DNA from: Rhodothermales bacterium
Lineage (GTDB): Bacteria > Bacteroidota > Rhodothermia > Rhodothermales > VXPQ01
NCBI GenBank assembly: GCA_965232485.1
Contig: OZ246975.1
Location: forward strand, 739,196-803,195
Reading direction: 5' to 3'
Length of the DNA stretch: 64,000 nt
Positions 19,091-30,467 of this stretch are shown here, in pieces. The notes under the pieces were generated by a model, which was not told the origin of the DNA, did no database searches, and saw only the letters and a program-made list of their open reading frames with translations. Both the position numbers and the translations under genes were made by a program. Position 1 is the stretch's first letter. The number at the start of each line of letters is the position of its first letter.

Positions 19091-19232
19091 AATGAAAAAT
19101 AGATGGACGGGCTGGACGGGCCAAAGCGCCTCTCCGAACGCGCGCGGCGGCATATGGGTCCCTCTTTGCCGGCGCAATGCAATGCGCCGATCCGCTGCAA
19201 AGCAACGCAATAACAGATATTCTGACCGGCCG

Positions 19233-20909
19233 TCACAGTCCGAAGGAAATCCCCGCATGGATGCGGATGTCCCCCGGCCCGCTTTCGGGGTTCAGGGCCG
19301 CGCTCATATTGACGAGCCCCGCCCCGGTCCGGAACCGCACGCCCACGCCATACCCCGGACGAATGCTCGTCATGCCCTGCGCGTCCGGGGTTTTCGGACG
19401 ATCCACATAGCCCGCATCGAAAAAGGCGTAGGCATATGAAACCGCATCAATCAATATCCGGTATTCGGCCAGCGCCCGGCCCACGATGCGCCCCGGAAAT
19501 CGATCCTCGTCGTACCCCCGGAGCGTAGCCGCGCCGCCGAACCGAAACAAATCGCTTCGGTCGTATTCCGGGCTCAACAATACGCGCGCATCCATTCCGA
19601 CCGCCAGCACGGATCGGGAAAATATCGGGATGAACCAGCGACCCGTCGCATGCAATCGCTGTTGCTCAAGAAGCGAGCGGCTACGCAGCGTATCCGCGCC
19701 AACCACCTGCGACTCCGTGCGCTCCTTGCGTCCGCTTTCAAGATTCATCTCCACATAAAACCCCTGCGTGGGGTTCGAAAAATAGTCCAGGTGCGAAAAG
19801 CGTACGCCCAGCCCGAAAAACCGCGCCTGGGCCGTGGGAGCCACCTGTCGCCCCTCCGGACCGATCCGAACGCCCGCCTGCCCCGGCGCCGTACGTTCCC
19901 GGCTGAATCCGGCGAATGCGCTCAGGCCGGGAGCAAGGTCGTAACTCAGTTGGCCGCGCCAGGCTCTTTTTCCATACGTGGAATCTTCTTCGAGGCCGGA
20001 AAAACCGGCCTCCAGCCCCAGCGGAAGCCCAAAAGCAAATGGCCAGGACGCCGATACGTCGAGGCTCGTGACCTGATCCGGAAGCCGATTCAAACGCAAG
20101 GAGGCCGCGAGGCCCCGTCCGAACGGATTGCGAAGCGCAAGGCGCCCACTGCCCGTAATGCTGCCGCGCCGGCCCTCCTCCGAGGGCGGCAAATAGCCCA
20201 GCGCCAGGTCGAAGGCGCCGGGCGGTCCTTCTTCTATGGGGATGCGCACCACGGCGGTCGTATCGGCGGCGATGCGCAACGTCGGGCGGCCTGTGGTTTC
20301 GAAGAGTTCCTTGCCTTCAATGCGGCGGCGAAGGCGCTCCGCATCGAACCGAAGAATTTTTTCGCCCGGCTTCATGCCCGCGAGGCGGGCTGCGAGCTGC
20401 GGTTGCGTGCGGCGAGCGCCCTCCAGTTCGAACCGCCGCAGCGCGACCGCCGGTCCAGGTTCCACGCGCAGCGTAACCGCCAGCCGATCCGCCGCGTCGC
20501 CGGACGGCCCAATCATTTCCACCGAAGCTGTGGCGAGCGGAAGCCCCTCCCGTTCAAGCGTCGACAACACGCGTCCGATATCCGCCTCCAGCCGGCGCGG
20601 ATCGAATGGCGCATCCACGTCGAATGTCACATCCGCCTCCACCATGCGGAGACGCACCGGGTCCAGGCCGACAATGCGCACCTCGTCCAGCACAACCCGC
20701 GCGCTGTCTGGCGGCGAACCGAACGCATCCGCTTCGCCTGCGACGCCTTCCGCCGCTTCTCCGGGTACTTCAACAGGCGTTTTTCCAGGCAAAGCGGCGC
20801 ACATCCTGTTTCCGGATTGCGCAAACGCCCCCGGAAGCAGAACCCCGAACGCCCCGCCGGTCAGAACCGCGCACAGGAGCGCCCGTACAAACCACGTTTC
20901 GATTCGCAT
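19233..20909 (-). CDS. BamA/TamA-family outer membrane protein (POTRA + surface antigen D15 barrel)
   Basis: Start at the ATG at 20909 (MRIETWFVRALLCAVL signal). POTRA-like N-terminus and a C-terminal barrel ending ...IRIHAGISFGL. Confidence 0.8.
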   Translation of the reverse strand: MRIETWFVRALLCAVLTGGAFGVLLPGAFAQSGNRMCAALPGKTPVEVPGEAAEGVAGEADAFGSPPDSARVVLDEVRIVGLDPVRLRMVEADVTFDVDAPFDPRRLEADIGRVLSTLEREGLPLATASVEMIGPSGDAADRLAVTLRVEPGPAVALRRFELEGARRTQPQLAARLAGMKPGEKILRFDAERLRRRIEGKELFETTGRPTLRIAADTTAVVRIPIEEGPPGAFDLALGYLPPSEEGRRGSITGSGRLALRNPFGRGLAASLRLNRLPDQVTSLDVSASWPFAFGLPLGLEAGFSGLEEDSTYGKRAWRGQLSYDLAPGLSAFAGFSRERTAPGQAGVRIGPEGRQVAPTAQARFFGLGVRFSHLDYFSNPTQGFYVEMNLESGRKERTESQVVGADTLRSRSLLEQQRLHATGRWFIPIFSRSVLAVGMDARVLLSPEYDRSDLFRFGGAATLRGYDEDRFPGRIVGRALAEYRILIDAVSYAYAFFDAGYVDRPKTPDAQGMTSIRPGYGVGVRFRTGAGLVNMSAALNPESGPGDIRIHAGISFGL

Positions 20910-20917
20910 GGCCACGC

Positions 20918-22063
20918 ATGACAAAACGAGTCCCTTCGGCACACGTTCCGACAAACGCGGCGCACCGCCGCGCCTTCCGGAAAAATCTGCTTGCCTGGTA
21001 CGACGCCAACCGCCGGGATATGCCGTGGCGGAATAGCTCCGACCCGTACCGCATCTGGTTGTCCGAAGTCATGCTCCAGCAGACCCGCGTGGATCAGGCG
21101 GAGCCGTACTACCGACGATTCACGGAGCGTTTTCCGACCGTCGAGCGGCTGGCCGCCGCGTCCCTCGACGACGTGCTGGCGTGCTGGGAAGGTCTCGGCT
21201 ACTATTCCCGCGCCCGCAATCTGCACAAGGCGGCCCGCCGCATCGTCGAGGCGTTCGGCGGACGCCTTCCCGATGAGGAACAGGCCATCCGTTCCCTTCC
21301 CGGCGTCGGACCGTACACTGCAGCCGCCGTCCTGTCGATCGCCTACGGGCAAGCCCTTCCCGCCCTTGACGGAAACGCCGTCCGGGTGCTGACGCGGGTA
21401 TTCCGAATCGGCGAGGACGCCACGCGCGCGGCGACGCGCAAGCGCTTGCAAACCCTTGCCGCGCAACTCATAGAGCCGACGCGTCCGGGCGCGTTCAATC
21501 AGGCCGTCATGGAACTGGGAGCGAATGTGTGCAAGCCCGCCGCGCCCCAATGCAAAACCTGTCCCCTGCGCTCCGTCTGCGCCGCCGCCGATCAGGGAGA
21601 TCCGGCGGCGTACCCCGTGACGCCGCCTCGCAAAAAGACGCCCCATGTCGATGTAGCGGCGGCCATCGTGTTCGACGAAGCCGGACGCCTGCTGGTATGC
21701 AAACGCCCCGAGGAGGCCATGCTGGGCGGGTTGTGGGAATTTCCCGGCGGCAGGCGAAAACCTGGCGAAATGCTGGAGGCTGCGTGTCGGCGCGCCGTGC
21801 GGGAAAAATGGCGCGTGGACATCGAGACGCACGGCCTGGCGCACCGGATTGCCCATGCGTATACCCATTTCCGCATCACGCTGCACGCTTTTCCGGCAAC
21901 CATTGCGGCGGGCGCCCCCCGGGCGCCCGCGGGTCGGGCCTTCATGTGGGCAGACCGGGCCGAATTGCAAACCTTGGCGTTTTCCAGAACGGGACGCTTG
22001 CTCATCGAGTACGTTTTCAGGGATGCTCCGATCAAAACCACTTCGCTCAGCGCGTCGCGTTAA
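20918..22063 (+). CDS. mutY: A/G-specific adenine glycosylase MutY
   Basis: Start at the ATG at 20918. LLAWYDANRRDMPWR, SEVMLQQTRV, GLGYYSRARNLH, a 4Fe-4S Cys cluster (CKPAAPQCKTCPLRSVC) and a C-terminal NUDIX-like domain. The last 14 codons and the stop lie inside a MITE copy. Confidence 0.92.
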   Translation: MTKRVPSAHVPTNAAHRRAFRKNLLAWYDANRRDMPWRNSSDPYRIWLSEVMLQQTRVDQAEPYYRRFTERFPTVERLAAASLDDVLACWEGLGYYSRARNLHKAARRIVEAFGGRLPDEEQAIRSLPGVGPYTAAAVLSIAYGQALPALDGNAVRVLTRVFRIGEDATRAATRKRLQTLAAQLIEPTRPGAFNQAVMELGANVCKPAAPQCKTCPLRSVCAAADQGDPAAYPVTPPRKKTPHVDVAAAIVFDEAGRLLVCKRPEEAMLGGLWEFPGGRRKPGEMLEAACRRAVREKWRVDIETHGLAHRIAHAYTHFRITLHAFPATIAAGAPRAPAGRAFMWADRAELQTLAFSRTGRLLIEYVFRDAPIKTTSLSASR

Positions 22064-22175
22064 CGGGTGCGAGACATCATCGCTCCATCGTTGAAATCAG
22101 GGAGAAACACGGTGGATTCGCGGCGTTGCAGACGTGACGCGCCCTTCCGAAGGTTGCGAGGGATACGCTGACCAA
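22021..22175. mobile_element. truncated TTAA-MITE copy overlapping the 3' end of mutY
   Basis: GGATGCTCCGATCAAAACCACTTCGCTCAGCGCGTCGCG...CATCGTTGAAATCAGGGAGAAACACGG...GACGTGACGCGCCC... is colinear with 32644-32800 of the full copy. The far end is missing. Confidence 0.8.
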
Positions 22176-22281
22176 AAAAAACCGGCGCGGAAACGACCTG
22201 GGCGGCGGGACGTAGGAAATGTCTACCGCATACCCCTTGCGCTTGCCGCAAGACCGATCCCTTCCCATCGCGCCTGTCATC

Positions 22282-22911
22282 ATGGATTTTGAAAATCTTG
22301 TCTGGATTATTCCGGTCATATATCTCCTGAGGCGACTTCTTTTCGGTTCTCGCAAGCAGAAGCATGCCCGCAAACCCTCCGCGCAGGCGCCCCGCCCCGC
22401 GCTGTCGCAAAAAAATCGGGACGACTTGCAGGAAGGATTGGGCGAAATCGGACGGGCGCTGGGATTGCCCGCAGACCTCTTTCAGGAAAGGGGCGGGAAA
22501 ACCATGGAGCCTCCGGCGCCCTTGCCGGTCCCTTTCGCACAGGCAGAATCCGCCGCCCGGCTTCCCGTCGCGGCGACGGAAGAAACGGTGGCGTACGACG
22601 CCTGGGAGGAACCGGACTACGAAACAGACGCCTGGTTTGCCGACGAGGAAGCGTTCGAAACCGAAGAAAACGCGCCTTTTCGGGACATTCACGCCGAAAA
22701 CCTTAAAAAAGAAGGCGACGATTTCGGCGACTTAAAAAAGAAAGGCGATCCAGTGGAGACACCCGCGCCGCGCGAACATACGCACGCTTCCGGCCATGCG
22801 TTGCGCCGGCTGGCCGCGACCGCTTCGCTACAGGAAGCGGTTCTCCTGAAAGAAGTTCTGGGCCGACCCGTTTCGCTGCGCCGCAGCCCCCGCTTGCCCT
22901 TCAGGAACTAA
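22282..22911 (+). CDS. hypothetical membrane-anchored acidic protein
   Basis: Start at the ATG at 22282 (MDFENLVWIIPVIYLL TM segment) within ORF 22219..22911. Acidic, low-complexity middle. No family recognised. Confidence 0.45.
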   Translation: MDFENLVWIIPVIYLLRRLLFGSRKQKHARKPSAQAPRPALSQKNRDDLQEGLGEIGRALGLPADLFQERGGKTMEPPAPLPVPFAQAESAARLPVAATEETVAYDAWEEPDYETDAWFADEEAFETEENAPFRDIHAENLKKEGDDFGDLKKKGDPVETPAPREHTHASGHALRRLAATASLQEAVLLKEVLGRPVSLRRSPRLPFRN

Positions 22912-22913
22912 GG

Positions 22914-22950
22914 GGATACCCTGACCTTTGCGGACTGCTGCAAAGGATCC
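22914..22950. repeat. degenerate mini copy of the IS/MITE family
   Basis: GGATACCCTGACCTTTGCGGACTGCTGCAAAGGATCC followed by TTAA (22951-54). It contains the family tip GGATAC.CTGA and the sub-terminal TTTGCGGAC block. Confidence 0.5.
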
Positions 22951-22994
22951 TTAAAACCCGTCGGCGACGCCGAGTACGGAAAACACGGACCGAA

Positions 22995-23495
22995 TCAAAT
23001 CAGGTCGGCGGCGCTTTCCTGGTCGGGGCCTCCTTCTTCGCCCTTCTTGAACATCTTGCTGCCGATAAGGCCTCCGACGAGTCCAAGCAGCAAGGAAACC
23101 AGAAGTCCTATCCCGAAGATTACGAAAACATAGGAAGGGGACATTATAAATTCGCCGTACCATCCGAGTTGGGATATATCCGTGCCGCCCTGTTCGACTC
23201 CCTGGAGTATTTCTTCCTGCAAACTCGGCTTGATAGCCGTTGCTCTAAGAAGCATATCCAGAACGAACCCGGTAACGAACGCCGCAAGACACGTAAGGAC
23301 GCCGAGGCCAATGCCTTGCCCGCTCGACAGGGTCAGGCTATGTTTGTCGGTGTAGTGCCAGACGACAAGCAACCCGGCGCCTATGTAGGCAAGGCAACCG
23401 ACGAACTGGCCCGCCATTGGAATAAAACTGGCCAACACCCCAACCAGGCCGGCGATAACGCCCACGAGAAGAATGGATTCTGTTTTGTTCGGCAT
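22995..23495 (-). CDS. small integral membrane protein (DUF4199-like)
   Basis: Start at the ATG at 23495 (MPNKTESILLVGVIAGLVG...). Four hydrophobic segments, 166 aa. Family assignment from memory only. Confidence 0.5.
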   Translation of the reverse strand: MPNKTESILLVGVIAGLVGVLASFIPMAGQFVGCLAYIGAGLLVVWHYTDKHSLTLSSGQGIGLGVLTCLAAFVTGFVLDMLLRATAIKPSLQEEILQGVEQGGTDISQLGWYGEFIMSPSYVFVIFGIGLLVSLLLGLVGGLIGSKMFKKGEEGGPDQESAADLI

Positions 23496-23810
23496 CTGCG
23501 GAAAGGAGATCGGTGAACAGGAACAAACGAACGGCGAAAAAACCGAATGCATCACGGCGGATTGCCCAGGCGAAGCGTACGCAGACGGCGTATTGCCCGC
23601 CGGGTTCTTGCGCGCAGGGCATGCGGAGGCGCACTGGATCATCGTTGAAGGTAGACGCCCGGAAACCGCCTCGCAACGAAACATAGCGTTTTTTTTCGTC
23701 TTTCGCTACAAGCCGGCGCAAGGATGCACGATAATCGAAACGAACCGGGCGGGAATTTTCAGAATGCGGACGGTGCGCCGCGAAGCGCGCCATTGACGAC
23801 CAGACCGCCG

Positions 23811-24338
23811 CTACGGCGCAGGCGAATCCGGGCAAGCGACATCCGGGGCGTCGGGACCAGCGTCCCCGATACCCTCCACAGACCAACGCCCTGCAAGCGA
23901 CATCATCGCGCACACCAGAAAATAACCCGCCACCGCCCCGAACGCGGCCCCCGTAAACACCCTGCTCCATGGCGTATTGACCCACCATCCAAGCACGTCG
24001 CCGCCCCAGTCCACGCCCGGAATGATCAGGCTGGCCAGAATGAGATACTTCGCCTGACGCTGCATCCAGGCGTTCCACGGCCTCGCGCCGAGGGCCAGAA
24101 AAGGCGCGGCGGCCAGCGCCGCATACATGCCGAAGCACCGGTGGCACACCGCAAGCGGCACGCCCTCCAAATGAGGCGAACGGGCCGGAATCTGATGACA
24201 CGCCCCCGAAAAGCCCAGCATAATCGCCTGGCGCAACCCTTCTCCCGCAAACGGCGGCGCCAGCGCCAGGCCAAAAACGGCCCATGCGACGACAACCGTC
24301 AGCAGCCACCCTATCCATTTTCGATGTGTCCGGTTCAT
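23811..24338 (-). CDS. DUF2085-like membrane protein
   Basis: Start moved to MNRTHRKWIGWLL (about 24338) because the ORF track's 5' extension (MIKSAKIQGLKG...) is MITE sequence. GACHQIPARS...AVCHRCFGMY cysteine pairs plus TM segments. Confidence 0.6.
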   Translation of the reverse strand: MNRTHRKWIGWLLTVVVAWAVFGLALAPPFAGEGLRQAIMLGFSGACHQIPARSPHLEGVPLAVCHRCFGMYAALAAAPFLALGARPWNAWMQRQAKYLILASLIIPGVDWGGDVLGWWVNTPWSRVFTGAAFGAVAGYFLVCAMMSLAGRWSVEGIGDAGPDAPDVACPDSPAP

Positions 24339-24384
24339 GCGTTGCAATGCCGGGGCCGCAGGGGCCAGGGCTTGCCGGGCGTCG

Positions 24385-24488
24385 GCTCGGGGTCTGCCGC
24401 ACTGCTTCGCCATTCCTTGCCGGCGCGCCCCTTTCAGTCCCTGAATCTTTGCGGACTTAATCAAAGCATCCTTAATCAGCGTATTCCT
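24385..24488. repeat. TTAA-MITE end fragment plus the tip of a second (outer) copy
   Basis: ...GGGTCTGCCGCACTGCTTCGCCATTCCTTGCC...CTGAATCTTTGCGGACTTAATCAAAGCATCC TTAA TCAGCGTATTCC has the same arrangement as 32821-32913. Coordinates +/-1. Confidence 0.7.
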
Positions 24489-24661
24489 GACGCGCGATCA
24501 ATACGCGCAGCGATGACCAATTGCTTTTCACGTACCTGATTCACATGAGTTTCACTGCCCGGCGCCCTGCAAGGCTTGCTTGCTCTTTGCAATCACCCTA
24601 CTTTGTCCTGCTGTCTACGCTATTACATCCGACGCCATTACATTCCAAACGCAAAATCGTT

Positions 24662-26685
<2,024 letters not shown>

Positions 26686-26744
26686 GCGGCCGCAAGCCCG
26701 GAGGGCTTCTTCGCAAGGCTCCTTGCGGCGCGCGCCGCTCAGCC

Positions 26745-26776
26745 CATGGGCTTTGCGGGCTTGATTCAGCGCATCC
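26745..26776. repeat. TTAA-MITE end fragment abutting the glmM stop codon
   Basis: GGGCTTTGCGGGCTTGATTCAGCGCATCC compared with the canonical GAGCTTTGCGGACTTGATCAGAGCATCC. It is followed by TTCA, whose TCA (26778-80) is the glmM stop. Confidence 0.6.
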
Positions 26777-26777
26777 T

Positions 26778-28169
26778 TCAGGCGGCCGCCATCGCTTCGA
26801 TTTCAGCAAGGAACCGGGCGGCCAGCGCGGCGGCCCGCTCCTTTGAGGGCGCCTCGGCGTACAGCCGGACGATGGGCTCCGTGTTGGATTTGCGCAGGTG
26901 CACCCAGGCGTCGTCGAAGTCGATCTTGAGGCCGTCTTCGGTATTCGCATTGGCCCCTGCGTAGCGCGCGGCCAGCGCGGCCAGGAGCGCGTCGGGGTCG
27001 CGATCGCCGATGGGCGCCTTGTTCTTGCTCAACGCGTACTGCGGAAGGCGGGCCTTCATGGCCGAAAGCGCCTCGCCCCGGTTCGCCATATGTTGCAGCG
27101 CGAGCGCAGCGCCGGCAAGCGCATCTCTCCCGTAATGCAAATCGGGCAAAATAACGCCGCCATTGCCTTCGCCTCCCAGCACCGCGCCCACCTCTTGCAT
27201 TTTCCGGACCACATGAATCTCCCCCACGGGAGAACGAAACACCGGTTGCCCGAAGGAGGCCGCCACATCGTCGATAGCCCGCGAGGAGGAAAGGTTCGTC
27301 GCGAAGGGACCAGGCCGGAATCGCCACAGGAACTCGGCGGCGATCACCTGGGTCAATTCTTCGCCCATGTACGTCCCCCCGTCCGCCACCAGCGCCAAGC
27401 GATCCGCATCGGGGTCTACGGCGAGGCCGACGTCCGCGCCCGTCTCCGCCACGACTTCCGTTAATTCGGCGAGATGCTCCGGGAGGGGTTCGGCGGGATG
27501 CGCAAAAAGACCCGTGGGTTCGCAATGCAGGCAGCGCATGCGTTCCTTGCGCACTCCCAATCGCTCAAGCAGCGCAGGCAGGGCGACGCCGCCCACCGAA
27601 TTGACCCCGTCGATCGCCACGGAAAAGTCCCGGCGGCGAATGACCTCGACGTCAATGTAGTCCAGCGCAAGGAGGCAATCGATATGGTAGTCCAGAAAAT
27701 CTTCCTGCCTGTAGTTTCCCAAGGCGTTCCAGGGCGCGCTGTCCGCTTGCCCGCTTTCGGCGAGACGCAACACTTCCCTGCCCTCTTCCGGGCCGAGAAA
27801 TTCTCCTTTTTCGTCCAGCAGTTTCAGGGCGTTCCATTCGGGGGGATTATGCGAAGCCGAGAGGACGACGCCCCCCGAAGCGCCCAGCGCCGCGACGGCC
27901 ATTTCCACGGTAGGCGTTGCGGCCAGTCCGGCGTCTACCACATCAATGCCCGCGCTGCGCAGCGTGGCGGTCACGATGGATGCGCAGACCTCCCCGGTGA
28001 CGCGGGCGTCGCGGCCCACGACCACCACGGGATCGCGCCCGTCGGCCACCGCGCGGCGACGGGTCCAGGCGGCGTACGCGCCAGCATAGCGGACCAGCGC
28101 TTCGGGATCCAGCCCGTTACCGAAAATGCCGCGAATTCCGGAAACAGAGGCGATAAGTGTTGGCGACAT
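26778..28169 (-). CDS. glmM: phosphoglucosamine mutase (alpha-D-phosphohexomutase family)
   Basis: Start at the ATG at 28169 (MSPTLIASVSGIRG). The ORF track's extra MIRVSLS is encoded by the IS terminal repeat. Active-site SASHNPPEWNALK and metal loop AVDPDADR. Confidence 0.9.
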   Translation of the reverse strand: MSPTLIASVSGIRGIFGNGLDPEALVRYAGAYAAWTRRRAVADGRDPVVVVGRDARVTGEVCASIVTATLRSAGIDVVDAGLAATPTVEMAVAALGASGGVVLSASHNPPEWNALKLLDEKGEFLGPEEGREVLRLAESGQADSAPWNALGNYRQEDFLDYHIDCLLALDYIDVEVIRRRDFSVAIDGVNSVGGVALPALLERLGVRKERMRCLHCEPTGLFAHPAEPLPEHLAELTEVVAETGADVGLAVDPDADRLALVADGGTYMGEELTQVIAAEFLWRFRPGPFATNLSSSRAIDDVAASFGQPVFRSPVGEIHVVRKMQEVGAVLGGEGNGGVILPDLHYGRDALAGAALALQHMANRGEALSAMKARLPQYALSKNKAPIGDRDPDALLAALAARYAGANANTEDGLKIDFDDAWVHLRKSNTEPIVRLYAEAPSKERAAALAARFLAEIEAMAAA

Positions 28170-28175
28170 GCTTAA

Positions 28176-29346
28176 GGATACTCTGATCAATCCGGTGTTT
28201 GGGGGTCAGATTGAAGGCATTGAAGGTTTCGATGCGTACAGGGAGCGATTTTTGGTCGAATCCAACGTTAAATCGTCGATATTGTCGTGTTTTTGCGCCC
28301 CGGGCGCCTCAAAACGGGGCGCTCGGGCATACCTATCGGGCGACAGCTATCAATTTCTTGCGCGCCATGTAGAAATTCGCCAGCGCAAACAGCGTATAGA
28401 CCTGCGCCGCGTTCTTGCGCAACCCCCGGTAGCGCGTCTTGCGGTAACCCCAAAGATGCTTGACCACCCCGAAGGGATGTTCTACGCGCGCGCGAATGCG
28501 GTTGCTCTTGCGATTGAACGAAGCGTCCGCGCAGGTCAGTTTCCTGCCTCTGGCCGCCTTGCGCAACACCCGCCAGGCGACGCCTTGCGACTCGGCCTGC
28601 TCCTTGCGCTTTCGGCACGCGTAGCCCTTGTCGCCGTAAATCTCCTTCTCCTCGCCGTGCAGACACTGCTCCATCATCGTCACGTCGTGCACGTTCGCAG
28701 CCGTCACCTCTACGCTGTGCACATAGCCCTGCGTGTCCGTGCCGATATGCGCTTTCATCCCGAAACGCCACTTGTTCGCCTTGCGAGTGGACTTCATCTC
28801 AGGATCGCGCGCGCCGGTGCGGTTCTTCGTAGACGCAGGAGCAGAAATGATCGTCGCGTCCACTATGCTGCCCTCGCGAACCATGACGCCGTGAGCACGA
28901 AGATGCTTGTTGCTAATCGACAGAAGCCTCTTCGTCAGCCCGCGCTCCTCGAGCCAGTGGCGAAACTTGCATATCGTCGTCTCGTCCGGCGCGTAGCCCG
29001 CGTCAAGACGAGCGAAACGACGCATCGCGATATTGTCGTGAAGAGCGTCTTCCATGCCCGGATCCGAATGACCGAACCACTGCTGCATGAAGTAGATACG
29101 AAGCATCGTTTCAAAACCGACCGGAGGACGACCCCTTGCTCCCTGCGGATAGAAAGGCTCCAACTCCGAAAGAAAAGCCTCCCATGGAAGCACCGAGTCC
29201 ATCTGCTCGAGAAATCGCTGGTTACGCGTCTTTTTCGTGCGGCTTTGGTAGGCTACGTCCTCGAATGAAAACTGGAGCATCGGATTTCCTCGATTGGTAA
29301 TGGGATATACCGTAAAATACAAACGGGGGATTAAATCAGAGTATCC
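28176..29346. mobile_element. IS5-family insertion sequence, intact, 1171 bp, TTAA target duplication
   Basis: Terminal inverted repeats GGATACTCTGATCAATCC (28176-) and GGATTAAATCAGAGTATCC (-29346). TTAA at 28172-75 and 29347-50. A single DDE transposase ORF inside. Confidence 0.9.
28333..29280 (-). CDS. IS5-family DDE transposase
   Basis: MLQFSFEDVAYQSRTKKTRNQRFLEQMD..., DATIISAP..., YGDKGY..., RARVEHPFGVVK (DDE with a conserved E region). Start taken at MLQF (29280); the ORF track extends to 29322. Confidence 0.92.
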   Translation of the reverse strand: MLQFSFEDVAYQSRTKKTRNQRFLEQMDSVLPWEAFLSELEPFYPQGARGRPPVGFETMLRIYFMQQWFGHSDPGMEDALHDNIAMRRFARLDAGYAPDETTICKFRHWLEERGLTKRLLSISNKHLRAHGVMVREGSIVDATIISAPASTKNRTGARDPEMKSTRKANKWRFGMKAHIGTDTQGYVHSVEVTAANVHDVTMMEQCLHGEEKEIYGDKGYACRKRKEQAESQGVAWRVLRKAARGRKLTCADASFNRKSNRIRARVEHPFGVVKHLWGYRKTRYRGLRKNAAQVYTLFALANFYMARKKLIAVAR

Positions 29347-29440
29347 TTAAAATACAGGAGGTACCAGAAACGTTGACAAATAAGGCGACGAGCAACGCAG
29401 AACGCCTGCGCAAGCACTGCTTCTGCGACGACTTTTTGCA

Positions 29441-30415
29441 TTGGCCTGCATGATGAACCTTTCGCACCGGCCTGCGGATCCGCCCCGCCCCGAAATGCGG
29501 TGGCGGCATCGCTTCACCCTCCTGACGGGCGGCGCCACCCTCCTCTTGATGGCCTGGGGCGCCTTCGTCACCAGCATCAATGCGGGTCTGGCCGTACCGG
29601 ACTGGCCCTCGTCGTTCAATTCGTACGACCCCTTCAATCCGTGGCCGGAGTGGTGGAAACTCACGCCGGTGCTGGCGGAGCATGGCCATCGCCTTCTCGG
29701 GATGTTGACGGGCTTGCTGACGCTGATCCTGGCCATATGGACCTGGATTGCCGAGCCGCGCCGATGGCTGAAGGGCCTTGCGGGGGCGGCCCTCGCGCTG
29801 GTTTCCCTGCAAGGCGTACTCGGCGGGCTGCGGGTTGTGTGGCTTTCCCTGGACCTGGCCGTAGTCCATGCCTGCATGGCGCAACTGTTTCTGGGCCTCG
29901 TCGTGGCGATGGCCCTCTTTACCTCGAAGGCCTGGCTGGACGAGCGCGCCCGCGCCGTCGAAGCCAACCCGTCTTTTTTGCGGCGCATGGCCCTCGCGAC
30001 CCTCGGCGTCCTGTATGCGCAAATTATCCTCGGCGCGCTGCTTCGCCATCCGGGCACGGGCATCGACCCAACGATGGCGGGGCTACACATTTTCGGGGCG
30101 GTCCTGACGACCGGAGCGATTGCATATTTGTTCGGATACGCGTTCCGTACGTTTCGGGGCGCCCGCATCGCGTATCCCGCCGCGCGCCTGCTCCTCCTGC
30201 TGGCGGGAGCGCAAGTGTTGCTGGGCGTTACGGCGTATGTGGTTACCCTTGATGACGCGGGCATGCTGGAGCCAAGCAATCTGCAAGTGGCGACGAACAC
30301 CGCGCATACGGTCGTCGGAGCGCTTCTGATGGCCGTCGCCGTGCTCGTCGTTCTGGGCGCATTCCGTTTGAAAAGAATCGGCGAAGCGCGCAACCCGGAG
30401 CGCAAAATACCCTGA
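29441..30415 (+). CDS. ctaA: heme A synthase (COX15/CtaA family)
   Basis: 324 aa, about 8 TM segments, conserved His pairs (AEHGHRLLG, HACMAQLF, GLHIFGAV, NTAHTVVGA). Adjacent to cyoE. Confidence 0.85.
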   Translation: MACMMNLSHRPADPPRPEMRWRHRFTLLTGGATLLLMAWGAFVTSINAGLAVPDWPSSFNSYDPFNPWPEWWKLTPVLAEHGHRLLGMLTGLLTLILAIWTWIAEPRRWLKGLAGAALALVSLQGVLGGLRVVWLSLDLAVVHACMAQLFLGLVVAMALFTSKAWLDERARAVEANPSFLRRMALATLGVLYAQIILGALLRHPGTGIDPTMAGLHIFGAVLTTGAIAYLFGYAFRTFRGARIAYPAARLLLLLAGAQVLLGVTAYVVTLDDAGMLEPSNLQVATNTAHTVVGALLMAVAVLVVLGAFRLKRIGEARNPERKIP

Positions 30416-30430
30416 AATCCGTTATATTAA

Positions 30431-30467
30431 GGATGCTTTGATCAAGTCCGCTTTGATCAGCGCATCC
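30431..30467. repeat. 37-bp mini element made only of the two terminal repeats, TTAA-flanked
   Basis: TTAA(30427-30) GGATGCTTTGATCAAGTCC GC TTTGATCAGCGCATCC TTAA(30468-71). Confidence 0.8.

Noticed and set aside
24500-24661. Looked for a CIRCE (TTAGCACTC-N9-GAGTGCTAA) operator or a clear heat-shock promoter upstream of groES
   Set aside because: No CIRCE-like inverted repeat is present, and only weak, non-diagnostic promoter-like hexamers were seen. Not reported.
28170-28190. Seven extra N-terminal codons of glmM (MIRVSLS) in the ORF track
   Set aside because: They are encoded by the IS terminal repeat and TTAA duplication. The conserved GlmM N-terminus starts at MSPTLIASVSGIRG (28169).
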